Shown piece after piece: positions 45,751 to 55,353 of a DNA stretch of 64,000 nucleotides. Position numbers and translations under genes: made by a program. Under the pieces are notes generated by a model. The model was given only the letters and a program-made list of their open reading frames with translations, did not search any database and was not told the DNA's origin. Position 1 is the stretch's first letter. Every line of letters starts with the position of its first letter. Source of the DNA: a virus (Duplodnaviria; Caudoviricetes); the IMG/VR virus record IMGVR_UViG_3300029288_000080, positions 113,604 through 177,603 of that record. One strand, written 5' to 3'.

Positions 45751-45973
45751 AGGACCATGAAGACCCGTCAGATCAAGGCAGGCAAGGTGTACACCGGACG
45801 AGACGGCGAGGTGCGCCGTGTCCTGGACATCTACAAAAGTTGCGGTGACTACTTTGTGCGTTACTGTCTATGATCGAGGAATACATGCGCGGAGACGACT
45901 TGGACAGAAAGACGGTGCTCAAGGAATTGGCCGATCACATGGATGTGATCGAGACTGCAAAAAGGTGGGGACG

Positions 45974-46270
45974 ATGATCGAACCCAATTATGACGATCTC
46001 GATCCGTGTATTGACCCCCGATGGACGCCGGGAAGTCTGGCAGTAGCAATCACGCAGGTTGTTGACGGCACCGTGTTGGAGGCCGCGGAGGAGCATTTAC
46101 GGAGGGCCGATGCGGTAGAACGGCTCATCCGTGCGGGTGTCCGTGTGCGGGAGGCGCGCAGGTTGTGGCGCGACCCAAGCGTGGACGCCACGGTAGCCCA
46201 GCGGGAGTACGACGCGGCCCTGAATGAACTGGACGCGGCAGTGGAAACTGCGGAGCACTGGATAAAATGA
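45974..46270 (+). CDS. hypothetical protein
   Basis: 3' part of ORF 45818..46270. Confidence 0.55.
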   Translation: MIEPNYDDLDPCIDPRWTPGSLAVAITQVVDGTVLEAAEEHLRRADAVERLIRAGVRVREARRLWRDPSVDATVAQREYDAALNELDAAVETAEHWIK

Positions 46271-46451
46271 TGGTCATCGGCATTATCATCACCGTCATCT
46301 GGGTTGTCGCGATCACGGTTGGTCTCATGGGCGGTCCACCTACGCCGCGGAGAAAATGATGGCTTTTCGCATAGAGGTTGAGCCTAACGACCACTGTTAC
46401 GACACCGACGATATGGTCGCGTGGTGTGAGTAACACAAGCGAGCCAACACC

Positions 46452-46712
46452 ATGAAGGAACATTTGGTCGCGTCTGATTTTAGTTGTCCTATGCCAGACC
46501 GGCCTTCGGTCTTGGCGCCCGGTGCGGTGGTGCCGGGTGACTACGACCACTATTACTGCCCGCGGTGTCACACCAGAGTACACAAACTCCTCCACGGCGT
46601 AGCCAAGACGTGTAAATGCGGCCTGACCATGACACGCTACGGCAACGGGCTTGACATCGAAATGGACGTGGACCTGGACGAGACCGCGCCGGTGGGCCAG
46701 GTGGTAAATTGA
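46452..46712 (+). CDS. small zinc-ribbon protein
   Basis: CPRC...CKCG. Confidence 0.6.
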   Translation: MKEHLVASDFSCPMPDRPSVLAPGAVVPGDYDHYYCPRCHTRVHKLLHGVAKTCKCGLTMTRYGNGLDIEMDVDLDETAPVGQVVN

Positions 46713-46754
46713 GAACCAGAAACCATTTATTGGCAGCAACGAAAGACATACAAC

Positions 46755-47342
46755 ATGGATGACCTCTCCAGAGCCAACGAAGCGCAGCGAGAAATAGATG
46801 AGTTGCAGCGCGCATTAGATTACGCCCAAAAGGAAGCGCAACACCTCAAGGTCATCATGAGGGACGCATTGGTGCCGTGCCCCAGGTGCAACGGGACCTT
46901 GTGGGTTGGTGACCAAGATAGCGGTGATGTTTGCCCATGCGATTCTGCTGGATATGTCCCAGGCTACGTGCCGGCGACCGACGCTTCGCTGAAGCGACGG
47001 GAAAAGATCGCGTCGTCTCCTTGGACCTCTGGACTCGCGGTCCAGGTGGCTGGAATGGACGGTGGCTATCCCATTGAGGAGTATTACCACCCCGAGGCCG
47101 ACGCGGTCGACAAGATCATGACGGCCGCGAAAGAATTGGAAACTGCTTGGACCGAATTGGAAGCGGCCCAGACGGCGTACCACGTGGCCCTAAACGACAC
47201 CACCATGTCAGTTGATGAAATCAATACTGCCACGGTTTTGGCCGCAACTGACCGACGCGATCGGGCTCGTGCGGAATTGCGGGCGGCTACACTGTCTGCG
47301 GCAGAATATGACTACGCCGCAGACAACGGGAGCGAGCCATAA
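46755..47342 (+). CDS. hypothetical protein with coiled coils and CPRCNG zinc motif
   Basis: 195-aa ORF. Confidence 0.65.
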   Translation: MDDLSRANEAQREIDELQRALDYAQKEAQHLKVIMRDALVPCPRCNGTLWVGDQDSGDVCPCDSAGYVPGYVPATDASLKRREKIASSPWTSGLAVQVAGMDGGYPIEEYYHPEADAVDKIMTAAKELETAWTELEAAQTAYHVALNDTTMSVDEINTATVLAATDRRDRARAELRAATLSAAEYDYAADNGSEP

Positions 47343-47917
47343 TGCGCGAGTTATGTTTCGTTATCAACGGCGAAGAAGTCGGGGTGGGGATATCGGCGGA
47401 AAGCACGCTGGCTGCCGCGAGAAACGCGGCCCTGGCATACAGCGCCAACACCGGGCGCCCAGTAACTGACTGGGACGTATACGATGAGGCTGGAGTAATC
47501 CTTTCACCCTATAAGATCATCGGAGATGGTGTCCCGGACCGGATGTTTCTCGCGCTCCGGATGGCGTCGATCTGCCACACCGTCGGGTACCAGGATTGCC
47601 CCGGCCACGTGTACGACGTGTCCCAAGCCAAGGTAGTTGTGGGGCCCACGGCGAAACCAAAATACGATTACGCCGATATAATCCGAGCACTAGAACTTGA
47701 ACTTGGTCAGCCACCGTACCGCGCCGCCCTGTTGACCGCTATGGTAGAAAACAGCGTGTTGCGGGAAGAGCGCACGCTCATGCAAGGCCAAATGAAAACA
47801 ATGAGAGACACACTGAAAGCGTGTTCCAGGGTAATCAACGATCCAGAGTATCCGGATAGGCCAGTACTTAGAATTTGCATCTGGGAAGCACTAGATCTAA
47901 AGGGCCCGTGGTGGTGA
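47342..47917 (+). CDS. N-terminal DUF2604-like ubiquitin-like (beta-grasp) domain fused to a helical C-terminal region
   Basis: FVINGEEV...L...AL..SANTGRP..DWDVYDEAGVILSPYKIIGD...MFLAL matches the DUF2604 pattern as I recall it. Confidence 0.65.
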   Translation: MRELCFVINGEEVGVGISAESTLAAARNAALAYSANTGRPVTDWDVYDEAGVILSPYKIIGDGVPDRMFLALRMASICHTVGYQDCPGHVYDVSQAKVVVGPTAKPKYDYADIIRALELELGQPPYRAALLTAMVENSVLREERTLMQGQMKTMRDTLKACSRVINDPEYPDRPVLRICIWEALDLKGPWW

Positions 47918-47985
47918 AACCTTGACCGGTACACCAAACTGACGACATGGCTGCGTGGCGCGAATACCATGAACGAGGCAGCACC

Positions 47986-48330
47986 ATGACCAAGCACACA
48001 TTTACCGATTTGCTCGGGCGCGATTTCAGCGTACAGGTAGATCTTGATGCCGACGGGGATGACCTCTTATCCATAGAGGACCAAGGACACCACCCCATTA
48101 TGCTGTTCTGTCACACCGACGCGATCGAACTGGCCAAGGTGCTACTTCGCTACGGCGCGCATGGGCGAGTTGAGCATGTCGACTGCCCAGATTGTGATGG
48201 TACTGGTACGGTCAACCCAGGGCATTTTCAGTGCTATAGTTGTGGAGGTACTGGCGAAATGTCAGGGAGTACAACACACGATGCCCACGACGCGACTCTG
48301 GGGTCATTGTGGAAAATGGCAAGGTGGTAG
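47986..48330 (+). CDS. protein with DnaJ-type CxxCxGxG zinc finger
   Basis: CPDCDGTG...CYSCGGTG. Confidence 0.65.
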   Translation: MTKHTFTDLLGRDFSVQVDLDADGDDLLSIEDQGHHPIMLFCHTDAIELAKVLLRYGAHGRVEHVDCPDCDGTGTVNPGHFQCYSCGGTGEMSGSTTHDAHDATLGSLWKMARW

Positions 48331-48331
48331 A

Positions 48332-48577
48332 ATGAAATTCACCGTAAAGGCCACGGTAGACCCCGATCCAGATGGTCGCCACTGTGGCCCGTGTCCCATT
48401 TCCAATGCGGGTTGCACGTCGTTTTGCGTGCTGTACGGGCACCGTGATTTCGACGACCAAGGTATGGTTCGTCCTGTTGCTTGCCTGGAAGATGAAAAAG
48501 CCTGCAAGCTCTTGGTAGATTTTGAGGCGTCGTTGCCGAAGGTGCGGCCTGCCGTTTGCCTGGAGATGTATCCGTGA
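48332..48577 (+). CDS. small Cys-rich protein
   Basis: ATG after AAGGTGG; CGPC...C..FC..C. Confidence 0.55.
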   Translation: MKFTVKATVDPDPDGRHCGPCPISNAGCTSFCVLYGHRDFDDQGMVRPVACLEDEKACKLLVDFEASLPKVRPAVCLEMYP

Positions 48578-48915
48578 CACAGTTACGCGATATCGACGAC
48601 CACACCAAAGGAGTACTCCGCAAAATCATCAATGCGGCATCTTGTGGGGCAGGCGCTACGCTCAATAGGCTGGAAGTGCAAGGGCTGCTGGCGTTACCAG
48701 ACGTGCAAGACGCCATGGTCGAGTGGGCGCAAAACTTTCAGAACAAGGTTGATTGGGTCCGACGCTTTCAAACCAAAGCAGACCTACCCCCACCTGTCTG
48801 CTATCTTCCGCTGACTGGACCACCACCCGACACCAATTTGCTGGGCCGTTGCGCCCAGGAAACGTACTCAACCTGCAGTACCTGTTGGAGCTTGCAGGAC
48901 AGGAGAACACCATGA
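48574..48915 (+). CDS. hypothetical protein
   Basis: GGAG RBS, GTGA overlap. Confidence 0.55.
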   Translation: MTQLRDIDDHTKGVLRKIINAASCGAGATLNRLEVQGLLALPDVQDAMVEWAQNFQNKVDWVRRFQTKADLPPPVCYLPLTGPPPDTNLLGRCAQETYSTCSTCWSLQDRRTP

Positions 48916-49640
48916 CGTCCATGGACCAACCATCTCGACCTTGCTGTCCACACTGCGGCCGGCAGGACTGTGGTACCGCGGAACAAATCCCCGGCTGGAC
49001 TATCTCGTGCGACGACACCACCACCTATAACCTCGATGGCTCGTACACGATCAGGCGAGGAACCGAACACGAGTTTGGTGGTTTTGCCCGTGACCGCGAA
49101 GACCTTTTACTGGACGACCTGATCGAGGCGCAACAGCGAGTCAAGGACCTGGAAACCGAAGCGCAACGACTACAGGGCATACTGGCCACGGCAGCCGAGG
49201 GGTATGGGTTGGGAGCAATGTGTTGCCGCACCCTGGCCGGACTGGACCGCGGGGCTCAAGACGTCGCGTCCCAAGTGGCAAACGGAGCGGTGCATAGGCT
49301 TCGAGCCGATCTTGACGCGGCCCGCGCCGAAGTGCAGCGATTACTGCGGATAAATCAGCACCTCGCCGACAACACCGCTGAAGCGGCCACCCGGGCTAAC
49401 AACCATGCGTGCAAAACAGTAGATCTGGAACGCGAAGTCATCCGGCTGAAGGCGGCACTAGACGACGCCAACGCCGATATCCTGGCTACCCAGGCAGCCC
49501 ACTCATTCACCGCAGGGGAACGTGACTACTTTCGGGGCAGAGCCAAGACGATGCAGCAGGTACTCCTGCAAGCGGTCCGTGACCGCAGTGCGCTTGGCTG
49601 GCCCCAGTGTGGCGACGCAGCAGGGGAGCCGATCAAATGA
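48912..49640 (+). CDS. coiled-coil hypothetical protein
   Basis: AGGAG RBS; CPHC motif followed by heptads. Confidence 0.65.
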   Translation: MTSMDQPSRPCCPHCGRQDCGTAEQIPGWTISCDDTTTYNLDGSYTIRRGTEHEFGGFARDREDLLLDDLIEAQQRVKDLETEAQRLQGILATAAEGYGLGAMCCRTLAGLDRGAQDVASQVANGAVHRLRADLDAARAEVQRLLRINQHLADNTAEAATRANNHACKTVDLEREVIRLKAALDDANADILATQAAHSFTAGERDYFRGRAKTMQQVLLQAVRDRSALGWPQCGDAAGEPIK

Positions 49641-49654
49641 GCCGGCGAACAAAG

Positions 49655-49683
49655 TTGACACAGCGTAGTTCCAGCAGGATACT
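49655..49683 (+). promoter_or_regulatory. sigma70-like promoter (leaderless geometry)
   Basis: TTGACA-N17-GATACT, ATG at 49690. Confidence 0.65.
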
Positions 49684-49689
49684 GGTGCC

Positions 49690-49827
49690 ATGCTGTACCA
49701 ATACCACAACATCCACGTCAATCGTTCTGCCCAGCAGCTTGCTCGGCGGAGAATCCTCCATCATATCCTCGAGGCCGTCAGTCTCGTGGCGGCGATTTCT
49801 CCCTGGGTGCTGCTGCTTTGGTTGTAA
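49690..49827 (+). CDS. small membrane-anchored peptide (45 aa)
   Basis: MLYQYHNIHVNRSAQQLARRRILHHILEAVSLVAAISPWVLLLWL. Confidence 0.55.
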   Translation: MLYQYHNIHVNRSAQQLARRRILHHILEAVSLVAAISPWVLLLWL

Positions 49828-49842
49828 CGGAAAGGAAATAAA

Positions 49843-50070
49843 ATGATCACCCTCAGCATTTCCGACATGATGGACATTCCAGATTTCACCCTGGAGGAGC
49901 GGCGACGGATTGACCAGTATTATAAGAAAATGCGGGCCAAGCACGACTTCCGCTTCAAGACAACGGTTCGACGGGTCAAGTTACCGCCGGACCATTTCCG
50001 CGACGACGCCGACAAAATTCGCCACTGCTGCGCGACCGCCGGGGTCGTGGGCCAGTCAATGTACCGATAG
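49843..50070 (+). CDS. small hypothetical protein
   Basis: AAGGA RBS. Confidence 0.6.
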   Translation: MITLSISDMMDIPDFTLEERRRIDQYYKKMRAKHDFRFKTTVRRVKLPPDHFRDDADKIRHCCATAGVVGQSMYR

Positions 50071-50117
50071 GGTCCGACCGGTAAAACCAGTATACACCAC
50101 AACCAAGGAGACCCAAT

Positions 50118-50954
50118 ATGCCCCAAGATAGTCAACGGATCGCCGACGTCAGCCAGGCCCACAACGAGATGGTTTGGCGCCTGACCAACGACTTCTTCAC
50201 GTCGCTTCCTGAAAACCAGCGAAAGCAGAAGGGTCGCTGGGCTTTGGCGGCACGGCGCCTCTCAGACAACGAGGTCGCGATGGACGGTCGGGACGCCCCC
50301 TATTCCCCCCAGGAACTTTCGGCTCTTTGTCGGTCGATTGACCTGCGAAAACTGAGGGAAGCCCACCCCAATCTTGTGACACCAGAACGCGAACGCATTT
50401 TTTCTTTCATGCGGGTCCGATATGCCCAGAAAATGCCTTGGTTTCAGATTGCCTTGGACGCTAATCACGCCGGGAAGATTCTCAGGGGTAGGCCGTGGTC
50501 TGCCAACGGTCGTGACGCCAGTAATTTTTACAGCAAGCACAAGCGTTTCTGGCCCGGCCCGGCCCGTGTGATGTTGGACACGGTGGAAGGATCGACCCTG
50601 CCTCCGGCCCAGACCGTCATTGACTACGATGACGACAGTTGGGATGACGAGGACATCGTGGTTGCGCCCACGACTCCGCTGGCCCAACACGTCCCACTCA
50701 ACAGTCGGCGGCGACCCCCAGTTACTACCGGCGAAGGTCTGTTCTCCGAAAATACCCGCACGCCCGATCCCGTGGGTTTAGACCTCACGAGGAAAATCAA
50801 GGGCGGCAGCGTAGTCGTCAAGGTTGACGATGGTCCTGGTGGTAGTGCCACCACGACATTCACGGTGCAACACGAAGGTTCCAGGAATGACCGCATCACC
50901 CAGCAAGTCATCAAGATGGCCCAGCAGGTCGCGACCTTGGGATGCCCCAGCTAG
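50118..50954 (+). CDS. hypothetical protein
   Basis: AAGGAG RBS, 278 aa. Confidence 0.75.
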   Translation: MPQDSQRIADVSQAHNEMVWRLTNDFFTSLPENQRKQKGRWALAARRLSDNEVAMDGRDAPYSPQELSALCRSIDLRKLREAHPNLVTPERERIFSFMRVRYAQKMPWFQIALDANHAGKILRGRPWSANGRDASNFYSKHKRFWPGPARVMLDTVEGSTLPPAQTVIDYDDDSWDDEDIVVAPTTPLAQHVPLNSRRRPPVTTGEGLFSENTRTPDPVGLDLTRKIKGGSVVVKVDDGPGGSATTTFTVQHEGSRNDRITQQVIKMAQQVATLGCPS

Positions 50955-50963
50955 GAGTGCACC

Positions 50964-51302
50964 ATGACGTCAGCCCTCGATGACTCCAACTACACCCTGC
51001 CCGATTCCAAGGGCACCGGGCTCACCACAGCCGAAACCAAGCGGCTCACCCAGAAAACCAATGAGCTGCGGGATTCCCTGGGCCAGACCTGCAAGCATCT
51101 GGTCAAGCCCCCAGCCAACGCCAAACCCTGGAAGCGGGCCAAGCGCAAGTGGTCCAAGGAAGCGTGGCGTCAGTACCTAGATGGCCATGGCGGGCCCGTC
51201 CTGGACGATGCCTTGGCGGTCATGCCAGCCGAACTGATTGACGACGCCGACGCGGCCGAGCCCCAGGACGAGCAGGAGGTCGCGTGCGCACCCGACCCCT
51301 AG
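50964..51302 (+). CDS. hypothetical protein
   Basis: AGGAG RBS. Confidence 0.7.
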   Translation: MTSALDDSNYTLPDSKGTGLTTAETKRLTQKTNELRDSLGQTCKHLVKPPANAKPWKRAKRKWSKEAWRQYLDGHGGPVLDDALAVMPAELIDDADAAEPQDEQEVACAPDP

Positions 51303-51413
51303 AGACAGCAGTGTTGTTTGCCGCGGCGGTCCTGTTCATCCTGCTGGTTCTACCCTACCTGTTTGCCCTGGCCGACTGACCGTCGGTAAAACCTGTCCAA
51401 CAAGAGGTGTCCG

Positions 51414-53552
51414 ATGGAAAAAGATTCCGTCGTTGAATCTAGCGTGACCCACGAGATTGTCCGGGACTGCCTGGAACAGTACGGCCGCTACGTCCTGTCC
51501 GACCGAGCAGTCCCCAGTGTCCTGGACGGCATGAAGGTGGGGGGTCGCCGTACCCTCTGGGCCTTGTGGAAACTCGGTGCCCTGGCCAAGAAAATCCCGA
51601 TCAAATCCGCCCAGGTGGTCGGGAAGATCATCGGGGAATACCACCCCCATGGTGATTCCGCTGCCTACGGGGCCCTGGTCCACATGGTGCACCTACGCCA
51701 TCCCCTGGTCCACGGGGACGGCAACTTCGGTGACCCCACGACAATCCCGGAAGACGTGTTCGCCTCCGCGAGGTACACCGAGTGCAAACTCACGGCGTTC
51801 GCGGAACGGTTGTTCGACGACATCGACGTGGTCCCGATGGTGCCCAACTTCTCCGAGACCACCGAGGAACCGCCACTGCTACCTGCCCGACTCCCGATGG
51901 TCCTGCTGAACGGCACCCAAGGGATCGCGGTCGGGTTGTCCACTTCCATCCCGCCCCACAACCTTGGGGAAATCCTGGACGCCACCTTGCTGGTTCTGAG
52001 GAAGCCTACCAGCACCCTGGACGACCTCCTCGGGGTTGTCAAGGGCCCAGACTACGGGTACGGGACCCTCACGTCTCGTCGTCAAGACCTCGCGGAACTT
52101 TACGACACCGGCCAGGGACGCCTGACCTTTGGCAGTCAATACAGCATTGAGGACACAGACCACCGGGGAGTCAAGAAACTCGTGATCACGGGGTTGGCCC
52201 CGGAGGTCAAAAAGAACAAGCTCCGGGATACGGTTCAGGATTTGCACAAACGCCGCCTGCTCGAGAGTCCCCTGACCGATGAGTCCACCGCCAAGACTGG
52301 GTTGCGCTTGACAGTGGAGTACCGAGACGCCGGGATCCTCCAGGCCAGGGTGCTACCGCTACTGGAGTCAGCCGTGCAATACCGGTGGTACTGTCTGGAC
52401 CAAGACGGCACCGTCCGGAAGTTCACGTTGCTCCAAATCCTCCAGCAGTTCGTCCAGTTCCGTCGGGATATTGAAACCCTGGTGTTGAAGCGGCGACGCA
52501 AGCAGCTAAAACATGACCTCGGGGTCGCGGAAGCCAAGTTGGCCGCGACTCAACGGCTCCCCGAGGTCGTCAAGATCCTACAGGCCCAGCAGGACGAACC
52601 CGAGGCCAAGGCTGCGTTGTGCCGGTTGCTCTCCATTGAGGAATGGCAGGCCGACGTGATCCTAGGGGCTACGGTCAGGTCCTTGGCGCGCTACGGGGCC
52701 GATGCAATCAAAGCGACCGTCACGAAGCTCCGGGGCAACTTGGCCACGGTCCAAGGGCAACTCCAGGACATCGACGGGGTCGTGGCCATGAGGCTCGAGG
52801 AAATGCGCCAGTACAACACTCCCAGGGGCACAGCACTCCGAACCCGTACCAAGGACCTGGGGGATTCGGCCAAGCAATGGTGTGGGGTCCTGCCTGACGG
52901 TACCGTGGACGTTTCAATTGACCTGCCCACCCGATCCAAGGCGCAATGGCGCTACTGCGGATTTTTCGCCGCCGACAAGTTCGTGGTCGTCAAGGCCAAC
53001 AACGCCGCCGCAGTCGTTGCCCCCATGTATCTGGACCGCTACCAGGCTGGCCCGACCGTCGGGGCCACGGCAGCCCAGTATTGCCTCGTGGCCGACCAGG
53101 ATGGCCGGTACTGCTGCTTCGAGACCGACCAGCGCCGCGCTACCTTCCCGGTGTTCCGGGGGCAGGGCAAGCCCTTGGTGGTGGCAGGGCTGAACCCTGG
53201 GGACAGGTTGCTCGTGGTGGAGCAGGACGGCACCGTGCGGTGGCGAGACTTCACTGACATCAAGGTGACGCGCCCGAACGTCCAGCCCCATCGGCTGCTT
53301 CGGTCCGGGCAGATCCTGACGGTAGTGCAGGTCCCCCGGGACACTACCGTGATGCTGACGACCGGAGAGGAACTAGGATCAGCCGAGCAGATTGACCCCG
53401 ATGCTGGCATCCTGGTGGTCGGGCCCCACAACCTGGTGGTCCAGGATAACCGTCGCGGCACCATGAGCAAAAAAGAAACCATCAAGGCCGTGCAGGCTGG
53501 AAACGTCACGGCCGTGATGCCGCTACCAGAGGAACCAAATGCTGCTGCCTGA
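51414..53552 (+). CDS. type IIA topoisomerase A subunit (GyrA/ParC-like)
   Basis: RAVPSVLDGMK, YHPHGD, GNFG, SARYTE (catalytic Tyr), GIAVG...IPPHN, GPD. Confidence 0.95.
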   Translation: MEKDSVVESSVTHEIVRDCLEQYGRYVLSDRAVPSVLDGMKVGGRRTLWALWKLGALAKKIPIKSAQVVGKIIGEYHPHGDSAAYGALVHMVHLRHPLVHGDGNFGDPTTIPEDVFASARYTECKLTAFAERLFDDIDVVPMVPNFSETTEEPPLLPARLPMVLLNGTQGIAVGLSTSIPPHNLGEILDATLLVLRKPTSTLDDLLGVVKGPDYGYGTLTSRRQDLAELYDTGQGRLTFGSQYSIEDTDHRGVKKLVITGLAPEVKKNKLRDTVQDLHKRRLLESPLTDESTAKTGLRLTVEYRDAGILQARVLPLLESAVQYRWYCLDQDGTVRKFTLLQILQQFVQFRRDIETLVLKRRRKQLKHDLGVAEAKLAATQRLPEVVKILQAQQDEPEAKAALCRLLSIEEWQADVILGATVRSLARYGADAIKATVTKLRGNLATVQGQLQDIDGVVAMRLEEMRQYNTPRGTALRTRTKDLGDSAKQWCGVLPDGTVDVSIDLPTRSKAQWRYCGFFAADKFVVVKANNAAAVVAPMYLDRYQAGPTVGATAAQYCLVADQDGRYCCFETDQRRATFPVFRGQGKPLVVAGLNPGDRLLVVEQDGTVRWRDFTDIKVTRPNVQPHRLLRSGQILTVVQVPRDTTVMLTTGEELGSAEQIDPDAGILVVGPHNLVVQDNRRGTMSKKETIKAVQAGNVTAVMPLPEEPNAAA

Positions 53553-54786
53553 AAATGTTGTCCAGGTTTTGCGGAAGGTGTACTGGGATCTCCACGGGCC
53601 AGAAAGCCCAGAGGGCGTGGAACGGCCCGAGGATTTTTGGCCTCCTTTGGTCCCGGTGGATTTCCGGTTGAGCCAAGGGTCGAGCGGAACTTCCGTGGCA
53701 CTGGTGTGTCAGGACCAAGAGTTTCGTGTTCGACTAGGCCGAACGCCCCGCCCTTCCGGAAAATGGGACTGTGCTGCTGATTTTCTGGATCACATCCCTT
53801 GGATTCCAGGTACGTTTATCCAGTTGGTACCCGTGCGGATTAAACACCGACCCGTTGACGGCGCTGTTGTGAAGTTCCAAGGGCAAAACACCCGGTACCC
53901 AATGCTACCGACGGGTCCTGTTAGGTCGTTGACCCCCCAGGACCCCACCGATCAACAAACCTGTAGCCTTCGTGTAGCGCCTGGTGTCGCTGCTAGGGTT
54001 CAGCGGTGTTGCCAGGTGGCCAACAGTCACCATGTCCCGGCCCGAGACCGTCTACCAGGTGCCCTGTTGACCCGTAGGCATAGCTGCTGGGCTGTCGGGA
54101 CCGACCGGGCCCTGATGGTCGCGGTCAAGATCGCGACGGTGGAGGACTTACCCGCGTGGTCCTTTTGGCTGCCGGGCAACCAGGCCGAACTGGTGACGTG
54201 CCTCCTGGGCACCCAAGACCTCAAGTTGTCTTGGGCAACGTCGGGCAACCACATCACCACGACGATCGAGTCACAGGACCAACGTGGATCTTGGCGGTAC
54301 CGGCTAGACCACCTGGACCGTGCCCTGCAGCACCTGGGCAAGATTCTGACGGCACCTCGGGTACTCCCTACCCCGGGGCTCTTGGACGCTGTCCAGTGGG
54401 CCTGGGACCAGCATGATGATCGGTGGCCGCTGTACCTGGTCCCGGACCTCGGGGCTCCCTGGAGCTTTTGTTTTCACAAAATCGGTGACGTTGTCCAGGT
54501 GGTCGCGGCTGTTCCACAAGATGTAGACGGCAATGAAGTTAAATTGGTGATGAAGCCCCTGGAAGCATCAGGCACGACGCTTCCGCTCGACACCTGGTAC
54601 GACGCAGAAAAACTCCTGTTCGGGCTCAAGACCGCCGACGAAAAGACCCAGTGGGCCTGCGGGACCTTGGACAATGTCACGGATCACTTCTCAGTGCTGT
54701 ACTGCCGGGCTCCTGGCATCAGGGTTGTCCTGGCTGCCCAGCGAAATACCAAAGCCGACGAGGCTCTGGCGAAACTGGAGCGGTAA
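53539..54786 (+). CDS. divergent DNA sliding clamp (beta-clamp-like) candidate
   Basis: LPGALL...WAVGTDRALMV resembles GVLL...VATDGHRLA; YDAEKLLFGLK resembles FNAKYLLDAL; size and replication context fit. Confidence 0.4.
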   Translation: MLLPENVVQVLRKVYWDLHGPESPEGVERPEDFWPPLVPVDFRLSQGSSGTSVALVCQDQEFRVRLGRTPRPSGKWDCAADFLDHIPWIPGTFIQLVPVRIKHRPVDGAVVKFQGQNTRYPMLPTGPVRSLTPQDPTDQQTCSLRVAPGVAARVQRCCQVANSHHVPARDRLPGALLTRRHSCWAVGTDRALMVAVKIATVEDLPAWSFWLPGNQAELVTCLLGTQDLKLSWATSGNHITTTIESQDQRGSWRYRLDHLDRALQHLGKILTAPRVLPTPGLLDAVQWAWDQHDDRWPLYLVPDLGAPWSFCFHKIGDVVQVVAAVPQDVDGNEVKLVMKPLEASGTTLPLDTWYDAEKLLFGLKTADEKTQWACGTLDNVTDHFSVLYCRAPGIRVVLAAQRNTKADEALAKLER

Positions 54787-54795
54787 AACAACCCC

Positions 54796-55353
54796 ATGAA
54801 AACACCAGAGCCATCGGCTTTTTTGCTCGGATTTGACGTGGGGTTCAGCAGCATCGGGATCGCCAGATTGGGCATCGTGGCCCAAGGGTTGACCTTCGTG
54901 GACGCCACAGTCATCCAGACAAAAAAGAGTGGCAAAAAGCGCGAGGTCAGGGCCGCCGACGACAATATGCGCAGGATCGAAGAAATCGCCCTCAAGTTGA
55001 GCCAGTGGGTGACCGACGACATCGTGGCTATCTGCTGCGAATCGCAGTCGTGGCCGATCCAAAAGCAGGTCTGCATCAAAATAGCGTTCACCTGGGGGAT
55101 CATCGGGGCCTTGGCTTCCTTGCGGGAAATCCCGATTATTCAGTCGTCGCCCCAGGAAGTCAAAGATTCCCTCGTGGGTAATAAATCGGCTTCCAAGGAC
55201 GACATGATCAAGGCGATCCGAAAGAAGTTCCCCGAGGTCCCGTGGCCCAACGCCACTACACTCCACGAGCACATGGCTGACGCTGTTGCCTCGGGGCTCG
55301 CGTGTCAAAACCATGCCGTTATCCAGGCGGTCCGAAAAATGAGGATGAGATAA
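54796..55353 (+). CDS. ruvC: RuvC-like Holliday junction resolvase
   Basis: LGFDVGFSSIG, CCES, PQEVK...GNKSASKDDM, HMADAVA. Confidence 0.9.
   Translation: MKTPEPSAFLLGFDVGFSSIGIARLGIVAQGLTFVDATVIQTKKSGKKREVRAADDNMRRIEEIALKLSQWVTDDIVAICCESQSWPIQKQVCIKIAFTWGIIGALASLREIPIIQSSPQEVKDSLVGNKSASKDDMIKAIRKKFPEVPWPNATTLHEHMADAVASGLACQNHAVIQAVRKMRMR

Noticed and set aside
49607-49846. ORF-track 79-aa Ser-rich ORF
   Set aside because: It overlaps a promoter and a better-supported ORF in another frame (49690..49827)
36030-53552. Inteins or introns in the polymerase and topoisomerase genes
   Set aside because: Motifs are collinear at normal spacing; no intein C...HN signature seen
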